Shown here one piece after another: positions 30,635 through 40,174 of a stretch of 64,000 bases of DNA; position 1 is the first letter of the stretch; each line of letters opens with the position of its first letter. Location: IMG/VR virus record IMGVR_UViG_3300030012_005163, positions 96,001-160,000 of that record; one strand, 5' to 3'. Source of the DNA: a virus. Position numbers and translations under genes: made by a program. The notes beneath the pieces were generated by a model. The model was not told the origin of the DNA, did no database searches, and saw nothing but the letters and a program-made list of their open reading frames with translations.

Positions 30635-32839
30635 ATGAGTTACATAAATAAACAAAATACCGCACTAGTAAGAGTAAAGTTAACTGATATAGGTAGGGAA
30701 CAATTAGCACAAGGAAAATTGACTTATAATTCTTGGTTAGCAGGTGATTCAGAGGTAGACTATAATTACGTTAAGGGATGGAAAGAATTTGTTCCTAGTA
30801 GCGACGCTTCAACCGGAGAGTTTTATTTTTATGGTGGAGATGGTTCAGTAACTAAAAATATTTATTCTAAGGTATTAAGACCTAAAGATGAACAACCTTA
30901 TTTTACATCTTTTTTATTAGACAATAATAATGAGTTTATACAATCTATTGATACTAATAGTAGTCTACAACTAATCAAAGGGGTTGTAAGTAATCAAGCG
31001 GCAGATAGAGGATTTTTCTCAGGATCTACAGTAGATTTAGGTTTAACTGCACAAACTTCACAAAGATTTATTAAGGAAAGTGGAACAATAGATTTAATTA
31101 ATTTTACAGGTGAAATAGATACTACTCCATTTGTACAAGGGGTATTAAGTGGTATAACTTTAACTGCAACTAGTGAAGATGATTTTATTATGTTTAGGTT
31201 TAGTAATCCTACTTTGGGTGACATTACTAATTCAACAATGACTGCCGCAACCATTAATCAATTTTACAATATAACTAGTATTAGTGGTTCTACTATTAAA
31301 GTAGATAGAGAATTACCAATGTTTAGTGGATTTGGGGGTACAATTATTACATATTATACTTTTCCGGGAGGTGACGATCCAGAAGACACATATTATGGAT
31401 TACCTTCTCTTTCTTCTTATTGGAATACAGGTACACTTTCTTTTGATAGTAGTTGTGATATTTGTGTAGAAAATATTCCAGTTTGGAATATGAATAATGT
31501 TTGGACTGAAAATATGGCAGGACAATTTAAAGATGATTTAGAAAATTATCATAGTCATAATTTATTTGGTTCAGAGCAATATGCAGGTACAAAACAATTT
31601 TTAAAATATAACGAAACACCTACTCTAAATTTAAGTAGTGATAGATTATCGGTGAGTTATATGGATCCATATATAAAAGGAATATCAATTATACATTATA
31701 CTAACAGTTGTATTTCTAATTTTTATGGAGAAATGTTTAATATTGATGGTAGTAGTGGAAAATTATTAAATTTAGATATACCAGTATTATGGCATAGACG
31801 AAATGAAGGGACAGGAAGTGGTACTACATTAGGTATGAGATTTGTGAGTGATACTATTGAAAAAACTTTAACTAATACTGATATTGAATACTATGATTTA
31901 ATTGAATTTAGTGGGATGAGTGTCACACCTAATGCACCGTTAGCGGTTGGTAAAGTATTTCCACAACTTAAAATAGTTGTGATAGATAATGAAGAATTAT
32001 TGGCTGCTATGTCATACAAATCAAATAGAAATTATACTTTACCTGATTTATCAGCTAGTTTAATTCCACCGATAGATGGGGATTGTACGGGATGTATAGA
32101 GGCAGGTGAAACAATGTATTTGACTTATGGTTTACAATACAGTGGTAGTAGTGGGTTTACATCTGTTTTACCTTGTCAACGATACACAGTATTAGATAAC
32201 AATACGGCAACAGATAAAGATTTACAATTTAGAATAAATAATGTAGATCAGTTACCCTACATGAGAAAATTAGAATCTCCTTCATATGATGGTTATGGAT
32301 TTTATGCTAATAGATTTGTTTTATTAAGTCAAAAAATTAATAAAGCCAACCAAAGTAGACCTAACCCATCAGAATGGAGAGAAATAGATTATACTAGTGT
32401 TGATATTACCAGTGGTGCGTCGGAAACAATTAGTCCATTCTTATTACAAAATCAAAATAGTGCAAATACAGGATTTATTTTGAAAGGAAGTCAATTTAAT
32501 GGTGCTAGTGCAAACACATTTAATTTAGGTGTAGAATTAGATTTACCTAAAGGTGAAAGTTATGGTAAATTAAATTTTGGTGATGAAAGATTATTTTACG
32601 GTAATTTAAGAACTTTTATTGGAGCAACAATTTATAAAACCCTTTTTACAATAAATGTAGACGGTGCACAATTACAAAGTAGTTCTAATACCACTTATAC
32701 TATCGGTGAAGATAGGTTTGTGTCTGAAGTAGGTATATTAGATAATGATGGTAATCTAGTGATGGTAGGGAAACTTTCTCGACCAATAAGAATAGCGGAT
32801 AGTAGTACTGCCTCTATTGAATTAACAATTGATTTTTAA
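30635..32839 (+). CDS. Tail/baseplate structural protein (paralog 1)
   Basis: N-term KLTDIGREQL...GDSEVDY; C-term VSEVGILDNDGNLVMVGKLSRPI. Confidence 0.65.
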   Translation: MSYINKQNTALVRVKLTDIGREQLAQGKLTYNSWLAGDSEVDYNYVKGWKEFVPSSDASTGEFYFYGGDGSVTKNIYSKVLRPKDEQPYFTSFLLDNNNEFIQSIDTNSSLQLIKGVVSNQAADRGFFSGSTVDLGLTAQTSQRFIKESGTIDLINFTGEIDTTPFVQGVLSGITLTATSEDDFIMFRFSNPTLGDITNSTMTAATINQFYNITSISGSTIKVDRELPMFSGFGGTIITYYTFPGGDDPEDTYYGLPSLSSYWNTGTLSFDSSCDICVENIPVWNMNNVWTENMAGQFKDDLENYHSHNLFGSEQYAGTKQFLKYNETPTLNLSSDRLSVSYMDPYIKGISIIHYTNSCISNFYGEMFNIDGSSGKLLNLDIPVLWHRRNEGTGSGTTLGMRFVSDTIEKTLTNTDIEYYDLIEFSGMSVTPNAPLAVGKVFPQLKIVVIDNEELLAAMSYKSNRNYTLPDLSASLIPPIDGDCTGCIEAGETMYLTYGLQYSGSSGFTSVLPCQRYTVLDNNTATDKDLQFRINNVDQLPYMRKLESPSYDGYGFYANRFVLLSQKINKANQSRPNPSEWREIDYTSVDITSGASETISPFLLQNQNSANTGFILKGSQFNGASANTFNLGVELDLPKGESYGKLNFGDERLFYGNLRTFIGATIYKTLFTINVDGAQLQSSSNTTYTIGEDRFVSEVGILDNDGNLVMVGKLSRPIRIADSSTASIELTIDF

Positions 32840-32850
32840 AAAGTATTGAG

Positions 32851-34149
32851 ATGGGATTTATTAGTTCAGCAACCACAGTATCAATAACGGCAAAATTAAC
32901 TTTAGCTGGTAGACAAAGATTACTTACACAAAGTAATCAAATACTAACCCATTTTGTATTAGGTGATTCAGATGCAAATTATCAAACTAGTGGTATTTTA
33001 AGTTCGGGGTTAGTTCCCGCAAATAGTGGTGATTTAGGTGAAAATGGGGGTGTAAATGATAATATAGACGTTGGGGTTGGTATTAAAAATAAACTTTATT
33101 TAAGTAATACACAAATTACCATAAAATCTGTAGAATCAGGTTCTAATGTTATAACTAATACTACTGTACCGTTAGGTGAAACTGTTGTAAGTGGTGATAA
33201 TTTAACATATACAGTTATAGATAAGAATGATAGAACTTCTTCATTTACTAACTATTTTGAAAGTTTGAGATTACCTATATTAGAATCTAAGAAAAATTTA
33301 TTTACAGGAACTACTTCTACAAAAGGAGGATGGTTAGACACTGCATTTAGTGGTTTAGCTTCAGATAGAGTATTAATGGTTGTTGTTAATAATGATAGTT
33401 ATGGTGAATTAATAGATGGTAAAACTATAAAGACAACATTACCTATAATAACTGGATATACGTCAGGTGGTGAAGCAACAGGAATAACGACTTATAATTG
33501 TTATTCAACATTTGTTAATAGTGGACAATATAGTTTAGTACAATTAGATGCTAAATACAAAGATAGTTCAGTATTTACTAATGGGTTATTTGGGACTGAT
33601 TTTCCAGTAAGTTATATGGTTTCAGACAACGTTCAAAAACCTAATAATGACGCTAATAAAAGTTGGGCTACTGGATATGATGATTTTAAACCATTTAGTG
33701 TTAACAACAAACAATTAATTAACACTAAAACAGTTACCCCAACCGGAATAAATGTAGATAAAATTATTGGTGTTGCGTATTTAGATAAAGGTATTTTAGC
33801 ATTTACGGACCCCACTATAGTAGATAATATAGCAACTAATTTTACTGGTGATACTGAAACAGGAACAGTCACTAATGATTTAGGACTTTATTATTATTCT
33901 GGTGGTACTTATAATACCACAGTAGATAGTGTTGTGAATAATTTAGTACAAAACGTAATATGTATTGCTGGTAGAGGTGAATTTTTTAGATCTACTAATC
34001 CAACAATTGATATTAATGATGAAGTTAGAATTACAGAAGTAGGTATTACTGATGTAACTGGTGAAGTATTGGCTATCGGTAAAGCAGATAGACAAATTAT
34101 TAAAAAGAAAAATGATTTTGTAATATTTGATGTACAAGTTGTTTTATAA
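32851..34149 (+). CDS. Tail/baseplate structural protein (paralog 2)
   Basis: N-term KLTLAGRQRL...GDSDANY; C-term ITEVGITDVTGEVLAIGKADRQI. Confidence 0.65.
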   Translation: MGFISSATTVSITAKLTLAGRQRLLTQSNQILTHFVLGDSDANYQTSGILSSGLVPANSGDLGENGGVNDNIDVGVGIKNKLYLSNTQITIKSVESGSNVITNTTVPLGETVVSGDNLTYTVIDKNDRTSSFTNYFESLRLPILESKKNLFTGTTSTKGGWLDTAFSGLASDRVLMVVVNNDSYGELIDGKTIKTTLPIITGYTSGGEATGITTYNCYSTFVNSGQYSLVQLDAKYKDSSVFTNGLFGTDFPVSYMVSDNVQKPNNDANKSWATGYDDFKPFSVNNKQLINTKTVTPTGINVDKIIGVAYLDKGILAFTDPTIVDNIATNFTGDTETGTVTNDLGLYYYSGGTYNTTVDSVVNNLVQNVICIAGRGEFFRSTNPTIDINDEVRITEVGITDVTGEVLAIGKADRQIIKKKNDFVIFDVQVVL

Positions 34150-34186
34150 ATAAAGTTGAAAAACTTTAACAAAAAAATGTTTTATA

Positions 34187-34819
34187 ATGAGTAGAATTCT
34201 AGGATTAGATGTGTCCACAAAAACAATAGGGATTGCATTGTTTGAAGACAAAGGTGAAAATGGAAAATTACAATTACTAACCCACATAACACCTAAAGTT
34301 AAACCAAAACCAAAAAATAATATTGAAACACTTATTAAAAAAGTTCAAATATTCGAAGAAGAATTTTTAGAAAAATATAGTGATATTGAAATTGATAGAG
34401 TTTTTATTGAAGAACCCTTATTAAGGTCTAATAATGTCAATACAGTAGCGACTTTATTAAGATTTAATGGTATGATATGTAGATCCGTATATGAAGTGTT
34501 GAATATTGTACCCGAATTTGTTTCTTCTTACGACGCTAGAAAATTTGCATTTCCTGAGTTAATGCAAGTTAGATTATTTAAAAAATCAGGTGAAAGGTAT
34601 ACAGATAAAGAAGTAGAAAAGAAGAATCCAGTTTTATTTGGGGGGTTACCATACGATATTGATAAAAAAGTGGTTATTCACCAAAAAGTAAGTGAAATTG
34701 AACCACAAGTTGTATGGATATATGATAAACACAATAAATTAACTAAAGAAAATTATGATATGACTGATGCATATGCATGTGTATTAGGGGGTATGAGAAA
34801 ATGTGGAGACTGGAATTAA
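34187..34819 (+). CDS. ruvC: RuvC-like Holliday junction resolvase
   Basis: ILGLDVSTKTIG, VFIEEP, DMTDAYA acidic catalytic motifs. Confidence 0.8.
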   Translation: MSRILGLDVSTKTIGIALFEDKGENGKLQLLTHITPKVKPKPKNNIETLIKKVQIFEEEFLEKYSDIEIDRVFIEEPLLRSNNVNTVATLLRFNGMICRSVYEVLNIVPEFVSSYDARKFAFPELMQVRLFKKSGERYTDKEVEKKNPVLFGGLPYDIDKKVVIHQKVSEIEPQVVWIYDKHNKLTKENYDMTDAYACVLGGMRKCGDWN

Positions 34820-34851
34820 TTTGGATTTTTAAAATAAAATTCTTATATTTG
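34820..34851 (+). promoter_or_regulatory. Bacteroidota-type sigma70 promoter (-33/-7)
   Basis: TTTG 34820-23, 20-nt spacer, TATATTTG 34844-51, ATG at 34856. Confidence 0.7.
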
Positions 34852-34855
34852 TGAA

Positions 34856-35803
34856 ATGTCACAATTAGTTGTAGAAATCTTAGAAGACGTATTAGGTAAT
34901 TCTAAAAAACATTATGAAAACAAAAGTCAAATATCTTTTGACTGTCCTGTGTGTTCATCTATTAAAGGTTTGGATTGTGGGGATGGTAAAGGTAATTTAG
35001 AAGTTAATTACTATCATCACGTTTATAAATGTTGGGCTTGTTCAGAAACCTATGGTACACATGGGACACTTAATAAACTTATTAGGAAGTATGGTAATAA
35101 AAATCATATGAAACAATATCAGTTAGTGATACCCGATAATAAAAGGGTTGTTGTAGACAAAGAGAAGTTAGTTATAACAGGATTACCCAAAAATTTTACA
35201 CCCCTAACTATAGAAAGGAACGACAGTGGATATCAACAAGCAATACAATATCTTAGTAAAAGAAATATAGGTATAGACTTAATTAAAAAGTATAACTTAG
35301 GTTACGCTAACGTAGGAGATTACAGAAATAGAATTATATTTCCATCATATGACAGTGAAGGTAATATAAATTATTTTTTAGGTAGGAGTTTTGAAAAATA
35401 CACTAAACTAAAGTATAAAAATCCTGAAGTATCTAAAATGGATATTATATTTAATGAAGGAAAAATTAATTGGGATTCTAACATTTATTTAGTAGAAGGT
35501 GTATTCGATCATATCACACTACCAAATAGTATTCCTATGTTGGGTAAAGTACTAAATGATTTGTTATTTAAAAAATTAATAGATAATGCTTCCGCCAAAG
35601 TCATAATAGTTTTAGACAACGATGCAGAAAAAGACGCAATAAATCTATATAAAAAATTAGATAGTACTAAATTGAATGGGAGGGTATTAATGGTATGTAT
35701 GCCCAAAAGATTCGATTTATCAGATGTACACCAAAGATTGGGTAGTAAAGGTGTAATTAAATTAATTACTACTGCAAAACGTATAAAAGAAAGTTTATTA
35801 TGA
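34856..35803 (+). CDS. DNA primase
   Basis: Zn finger CPVC...CWAC, RIIFP, TOPRIM LVEGVFD and LDNDA. Confidence 0.88.
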   Translation: MSQLVVEILEDVLGNSKKHYENKSQISFDCPVCSSIKGLDCGDGKGNLEVNYYHHVYKCWACSETYGTHGTLNKLIRKYGNKNHMKQYQLVIPDNKRVVVDKEKLVITGLPKNFTPLTIERNDSGYQQAIQYLSKRNIGIDLIKKYNLGYANVGDYRNRIIFPSYDSEGNINYFLGRSFEKYTKLKYKNPEVSKMDIIFNEGKINWDSNIYLVEGVFDHITLPNSIPMLGKVLNDLLFKKLIDNASAKVIIVLDNDAEKDAINLYKKLDSTKLNGRVLMVCMPKRFDLSDVHQRLGSKGVIKLITTAKRIKESLL

Positions 35804-36186
35804 AATTATTTTTAGATGATATTAGAAATCCGTATGATGTATTTAAAATAACAGTTAATCCATTATATGAAAATAATATTGATTGGGTTATAGTAAGAGA
35901 TTACCATCAATTCATTTCTGCGATTAATAAATTCGGTTTACCGACACATATTTCTTTCGATCATGATCTGTCGTATGATGCATATTTACCAGAAAATCAA
36001 AAGGGTGATATAAATTATGGTAGTCTTAAAGAAAAAACAGGATATGACGCTTGTAGATGGTTGTGTGAATATTGTTTAGACAAAGGTAAAGATATACCAT
36101 TCTATTTAATACACTCCGCTAATCCTGTGGGTGCGGAAAATATAAAAAAATATTTAGAAAATTTTAAAAAACATTTGGTAAATTAA
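35800..36186 (+). CDS. Cyclic-phosphate-processing receiver-like domain protein
   Basis: LFLDDIRNP, ISFDHDL, TGYD, IHSANPVG pattern. Confidence 0.7.
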   Translation: MKLFLDDIRNPYDVFKITVNPLYENNIDWVIVRDYHQFISAINKFGLPTHISFDHDLSYDAYLPENQKGDINYGSLKEKTGYDACRWLCEYCLDKGKDIPFYLIHSANPVGAENIKKYLENFKKHLVN

Positions 36187-36209
36187 AATATTTTTTATAT
36201 TTTTACAAT

Positions 36210-36362
36210 ATGAAATTACAAAACATAATAGAGGAATATCACACAACTAATAAGTTTAGATTAATAAAAAGGTATAGACTAATGAAGAAAATTAGATTGT
36301 TAATAGATCCCGTTCATTTAAAAGGGATACATTCAATATTATATACTATAATTTTTAAATAA
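36210..36362 (+). CDS. small hypothetical protein (50 aa, not in the ORF track)
   Basis: ATG after a promoter-like TTTG-N20-TATTTTTA; fills the intergenic gap. Confidence 0.4.
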   Translation: MKLQNIIEEYHTTNKFRLIKRYRLMKKIRLLIDPVHLKGIHSILYTIIFK

Positions 36363-36368
36363 TAAAAT

Positions 36369-36557
36369 ATGTTAAATTTAAGAGAACAGTTTAATTATGT
36401 TAATAAAGTTGTTAATAGTTGTATAACGGAAAAACAAAAAGAACACGCCTATGAGTGGGCACAAGATTGGGCAAAACGTATGAAACGTAATTTCCCTAAC
36501 AAAGTGGACTCTTATACGGATTTATTTTTAGATGTAATATCAAAAACTTATAATTAA
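36369..36557 (+). CDS. small hypothetical protein
   Basis: 62-aa ORF on the coding strand. Confidence 0.6.
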   Translation: MLNLREQFNYVNKVVNSCITEKQKEHAYEWAQDWAKRMKRNFPNKVDSYTDLFLDVISKTYN

Positions 36558-36589
36558 TTTGTTTTATTAAAATATTATTACTATATTTG
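36558..36589 (+). promoter_or_regulatory. Bacteroidota-type sigma70 promoter (-33/-7)
   Basis: TTTG 36558-61, 20-nt spacer, TATATTTG 36582-89, ATG at 36594. Confidence 0.7.
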
Positions 36590-36593
36590 AGGT

Positions 36594-36764
36594 ATGATTA
36601 AAATAAAAAATATAAAAACACTCACTTCACTGTACAATAAGGCAGTAAAAGAAGGTAAAAATGCATTTCATTATGAAGGTAGAAGTATTATACTTTCAGT
36701 TGCTAAAGATAGAATTGAACATATGAATAGGGAATTGAAAATGATTGAGTGGTTTAAGAGATAA
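36594..36764 (+). CDS. small hypothetical protein (56 aa, paralog A; not in the ORF track)
   Basis: MIKIKNIKTLTSLYNKAVKEGKNAFHYEGR...; aligns without gaps to the next ORF. Confidence 0.7.
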   Translation: MIKIKNIKTLTSLYNKAVKEGKNAFHYEGRSIILSVAKDRIEHMNRELKMIEWFKR

Positions 36765-36766
36765 TT

Positions 36767-36931
36767 ATGATTAGTTTAGAAAATATAGATAAATTTAAAT
36801 TACTGTATAACGATGCAGTAAGTAAAAATAAAGAAATGTTTGTGTTTGAAGGTAGAGATGTTCTTACTTCATACGCTAAATATGTTATTGAATATTTTAA
36901 TAACATACTCGATGCTCGAGTGGTGGAATAG
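36767..36931 (+). CDS. small hypothetical protein (54 aa, paralog B; not in the ORF track)
   Basis: MISLENIDKFKLLYNDAVSKNKEMFVFEGR...; last 18 nt overlap tRNA-Leu. Confidence 0.7.
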   Translation: MISLENIDKFKLLYNDAVSKNKEMFVFEGRDVLTSYAKYVIEYFNNILDARVVE

Positions 36932-36997
36932 GTAGACACGCAAGACTTAAAATCTTGTTCCCATTTGGGAGTGCGGGTTCGATTCCCGCTTCGAGTA
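36914..36997 (+). tRNA. trnL: tRNA-Leu (anticodon TAA)
   Basis: GCTCGAG/TTCGAGT acceptor, D-loop GGAATAGGTAGAC, CAAGA-CTTAAAA-TCTTG anticodon arm, long variable arm, GGTTCGATTCC T-arm; no encoded CCA. Confidence 0.93.
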
Positions 36998-37003
36998 CAT
37001 ATT

Positions 37004-37077
37004 GGACCGGTAGCTCAGCTGGATAGAGCATCTGCCTTCTAAGCAGACGGTCGGAGGTTCGAATCCTCCCCGGTTCA
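37004..37077 (+). tRNA. trnR: tRNA-Arg (anticodon TCT)
   Basis: GGACCGG/CCGGTTC acceptor, TAGCTCAGCTGGATAGAGC, TCTGC-CTTCTAA-GCAGA, GGTTCGAATCC; no encoded CCA. Confidence 0.95.
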
Positions 37078-38367
37078 CTTTTTTTCTTTAAAGTCTGGAT
37101 TTGGTGCAACAAATGCTCTGAGTTTAACTTTATCCCAATCTTTTAACTCAGTAGGTGTTTCTTCGTCCCACAATTCATCATTATAATCATCTTCATCATA
37201 ATAATCTTCAGTAGGTTTATCACCCATTTTTAAAATAGACATTGTTCTATGCCAACCTTCTACTAATTGATAAGTACCATCGGGATTTTGTAGGATAATA
37301 ACTGGTTCATTCATTCCATCATCTCTCCTCATACTCATTTGAGTGTCCATTCGTTCTTCATCATTGGGTACGTTGTATGCATTTATATTACCGAAGTCCC
37401 TTTGTTCAAACGCTCTTACTGTACGTTTATCAAAATCCATTGGGTTTACATTTAAAACTTGTAACTTCCACGGACCTTTTAAATAGTTATACCACCATCC
37501 ATTTCCATCGCCCTTAATATAAGGTATTGGATCACCATTATACATGTTTAATATATCTTTTATTGCTGGACGATGACCTGGTGCTCTCATTAGTATAATA
37601 TTTCTATAATAATCTTGTAAGACATATTCTGGTGTGTCAGGGAATTCTCTCCTCATTTTTTCATATATTCTTTTATGAGGATTATTATCTTTATATATTG
37701 GAATACTAGTTACCTCTTCTTCTAACTCCACACCCATTTCATATTTGTTTTTGTTTGGGTTTGCATCACTAACATTCCAGTACTTTAAATCCTCTTCTAT
37801 TTTAGATAATTGACTTTCAGTAATAATAATTTTTCTTTTAGTAATACTTTCATTTATAGTTCGTAATACATCTGCTTCTGTATCAAAAACCTCATCATAA
37901 TCTCCTTGATGTATTTCATCATCTATGTGAGTTGTTAATTCTGGACTCACTACATTACCATAATCGAATTCCCAGTCCATTGCGTCTATGGCAGTATCAC
38001 TATCATCTGACACGACAGTATTTTTGATTTCTCTCCAAGAATTTATGTTTTGATAAAATTTAATTTGATACTCTTTCATTTGTGGTACAACTACTTCTTC
38101 TATAGAAGCAAAATCACCATCTTTATTTAAAACATTGAATAAATTATTTTTATATAAAGCATAAAAATACATAAGTATATCCTTATCTAATGCTAAGTTA
38201 CCTATGATGTTAGAATCCATTAAAAGATTAAGATCCGTTTTTTTAGTTGATGCATAGTCATTTATTTTACCACCTAAAGTTCTATATATTTCTCTTAATA
38301 TTGCAATTTCAAAATTATTGAACGGTTGAGTATCAGTAGTATTTCTTATAATGTCTTTTAATTTCAT
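37075..38367 (-). CDS. Two-part protein with C-terminal ParB/sulfiredoxin-like domain
   Basis: EPVIILQNPDGTYQLVEGWHRT ParB-N motif; likely start MKLKDII at 38367, downstream of a minus-strand ATATTTATTA. Confidence 0.6.
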   Translation of the reverse strand: MKLKDIIRNTTDTQPFNNFEIAILREIYRTLGGKINDYASTKKTDLNLLMDSNIIGNLALDKDILMYFYALYKNNLFNVLNKDGDFASIEEVVVPQMKEYQIKFYQNINSWREIKNTVVSDDSDTAIDAMDWEFDYGNVVSPELTTHIDDEIHQGDYDEVFDTEADVLRTINESITKRKIIITESQLSKIEEDLKYWNVSDANPNKNKYEMGVELEEEVTSIPIYKDNNPHKRIYEKMRREFPDTPEYVLQDYYRNIILMRAPGHRPAIKDILNMYNGDPIPYIKGDGNGWWYNYLKGPWKLQVLNVNPMDFDKRTVRAFEQRDFGNINAYNVPNDEERMDTQMSMRRDDGMNEPVIILQNPDGTYQLVEGWHRTMSILKMGDKPTEDYYDEDDYNDELWDEETPTELKDWDKVKLRAFVAPNPDFKEKK

Positions 38368-38409
38368 TTGTTTTTTTAAAAATAAATGATTATCTTTGTA
38401 ATAATAAAT

Positions 38410-39315
38410 ATGCAAAAAATGGAGATTATTAAAGAATTATCAGTCTTTAACAATATAAAATACTATGATGAACCTCATACGTATTATATTGATGGGGAGA
38501 AAACAATATCCTGTACTGGTTTTATTCATAAGTTTGAAGAAGACTTTGAGTCTAATGTAGATAAACCAGATAAATGGGCAGAAAAACAAGGACATATATA
38601 TAAGGCTAAAAGTATGGCAGATAAGTTTGCGCATAAACAAAACTTTTATCCTATGGAAGGTGATCCGTATGATAGGCCTGATTACTCTAAACCAAAACCA
38701 CCAGAGGAATGTACTAGTGAAGAAGACATCAAAAAGTTATGGAAGTATAAAAACAATCATGCTACTTTTGAGGGTACAACACTTCACGATTATATTGAGA
38801 ATTATCTCAATAATAAAATAATGCCTTACCCCACTAAAAGTCCTGAAGGATTGGATTTTAGTGATATAGAAGAAACATATAAGATTATGGAAGGATATTT
38901 TCATAACTTTTACAATGATACAGTAGCTAAAGGTAAGTTAGTACCAATTAAATCAGAGTTAGTGGTTGGTGATAAAGACTATATGTTATGTGGTATGGTG
39001 GATCAGTTATTTTGGAATGAAAGATATGGTACTTTAGAGATATGGGATTGGAAGACTAATACTCGTCTAAATATGAAGGATGATTATGGTAACAAAATGA
39101 AGGGGTGTTTATGGATGTTAGATAAATGTGAATTTAATACATATTCATTACAACTTAATATCTATAAAAAAATAATTGAGAAAAATACTAACCTAAAAGT
39201 GGGTAGATGTAATTTAGTATGGTTCAATGAAGATAACCCGAATTATAAAGTTATCAAATGTGCAGACTATAGTGAACATGTAGATAATATGTTAACTACT
39301 TTAATTCCTGCCTAA
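38410..39315 (+). CDS. PD-(D/E)XK exonuclease (RecB/Cas4-like fold)
   Basis: GTTLHDYIE, SELVV, GMVDQLF, IWDWKTN, YSLQLNIY; the 38386 start in the track is probably too long. Confidence 0.8.
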   Translation: MQKMEIIKELSVFNNIKYYDEPHTYYIDGEKTISCTGFIHKFEEDFESNVDKPDKWAEKQGHIYKAKSMADKFAHKQNFYPMEGDPYDRPDYSKPKPPEECTSEEDIKKLWKYKNNHATFEGTTLHDYIENYLNNKIMPYPTKSPEGLDFSDIEETYKIMEGYFHNFYNDTVAKGKLVPIKSELVVGDKDYMLCGMVDQLFWNERYGTLEIWDWKTNTRLNMKDDYGNKMKGCLWMLDKCEFNTYSLQLNIYKKIIEKNTNLKVGRCNLVWFNEDNPNYKVIKCADYSEHVDNMLTTLIPA

Positions 39316-39319
39316 TCGC

Positions 39320-39351
39320 GTTGTCTTTTTAATAAAAAATCGTTATATTTA
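39320..39351 (+). promoter_or_regulatory. Bacteroidota-type promoter variant
   Basis: GTTG-N20-TATATTTA directly before ATG 39356. Confidence 0.5.
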
Positions 39352-39355
39352 AGGT

Positions 39356-40174
39356 ATGATAAAAAAATTATTTCACATTGCAGATTTACATTTTAGAACT
39401 TATAATAGGCATAATGAATGTAAAGAAGTCTGTAACAAATTCCTCAATGAAGTTAAATTTTATATAGAAGATAACAACTTATCTTTTGAAGAATGTAGAA
39501 TAGTAATTGCAGGAGATATAGTGCATCAAAAGATTACTATATCAAACGAGTTAACAATGTTAGTTTCTTGGTTTCTTAATAAATGTAGTGAGTTATGTCC
39601 TGTGGTTTTAATTGCGGGTAATCACGACCTTTTGGAAAATAATAAAGATAGGTTGGATTCCTTAACACCAATAATAGAAATAATGAATAACCCATATGTG
39701 AACTATATGACTGAAAGTAAGTGTTATTTAGATGAAAACATAGTTTGGTGTTGTTATTCTATATTTGAAGAAAACGCTAGACCAGATATTGATGCTTGTA
39801 GAAAAGAATATGGTAGTGACAAGAAATATATTGGTTTATTTCATGCACCAGTTAACGGTGCAATAACTTCAGTAGGTTTTGAATTTGATGAATCTGCGGA
39901 GTTAAAACAGTTTGAGGGATGTGATGCAGTCATTATGGGTGACATACATCATAGACAAAATTTTGTGCATAAAGGTATAAATATAACATATTGTGGAAGT
40001 TTTATCCAACAAGATTTTGGTGAGAGGGTATCTGAACATGGTTACTTAATATGGGATGTAGAACATTTAGATTATACAGAACATGATATAAATACAGAAT
40101 ATGGATATTATGTTTTTAAAATAAATTCTTTAGAAGATTTAGAAGTAGGTAAAGAATATCTAACTAATGCTTAA
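39356..40174 (+). CDS. sbcD: SbcD/Mre11/gp47-like metallophosphoesterase nuclease
   Basis: HIADLH, AGDIVH, AGNHD, GLFH, MGDIH, GSFIQQDFGE. Confidence 0.85.
   Translation: MIKKLFHIADLHFRTYNRHNECKEVCNKFLNEVKFYIEDNNLSFEECRIVIAGDIVHQKITISNELTMLVSWFLNKCSELCPVVLIAGNHDLLENNKDRLDSLTPIIEIMNNPYVNYMTESKCYLDENIVWCCYSIFEENARPDIDACRKEYGSDKKYIGLFHAPVNGAITSVGFEFDESAELKQFEGCDAVIMGDIHHRQNFVHKGINITYCGSFIQQDFGERVSEHGYLIWDVEHLDYTEHDINTEYGYYVFKINSLEDLEVGKEYLTNA

Noticed and set aside
36897-37112. 71-aa minus-strand ORF
   Set aside because: It is the antisense reading of the two tRNA genes
38410-39315. Cas4 of a CRISPR-Cas locus
   Set aside because: No array or other cas genes; fits a stand-alone phage PD-(D/E)XK exonuclease
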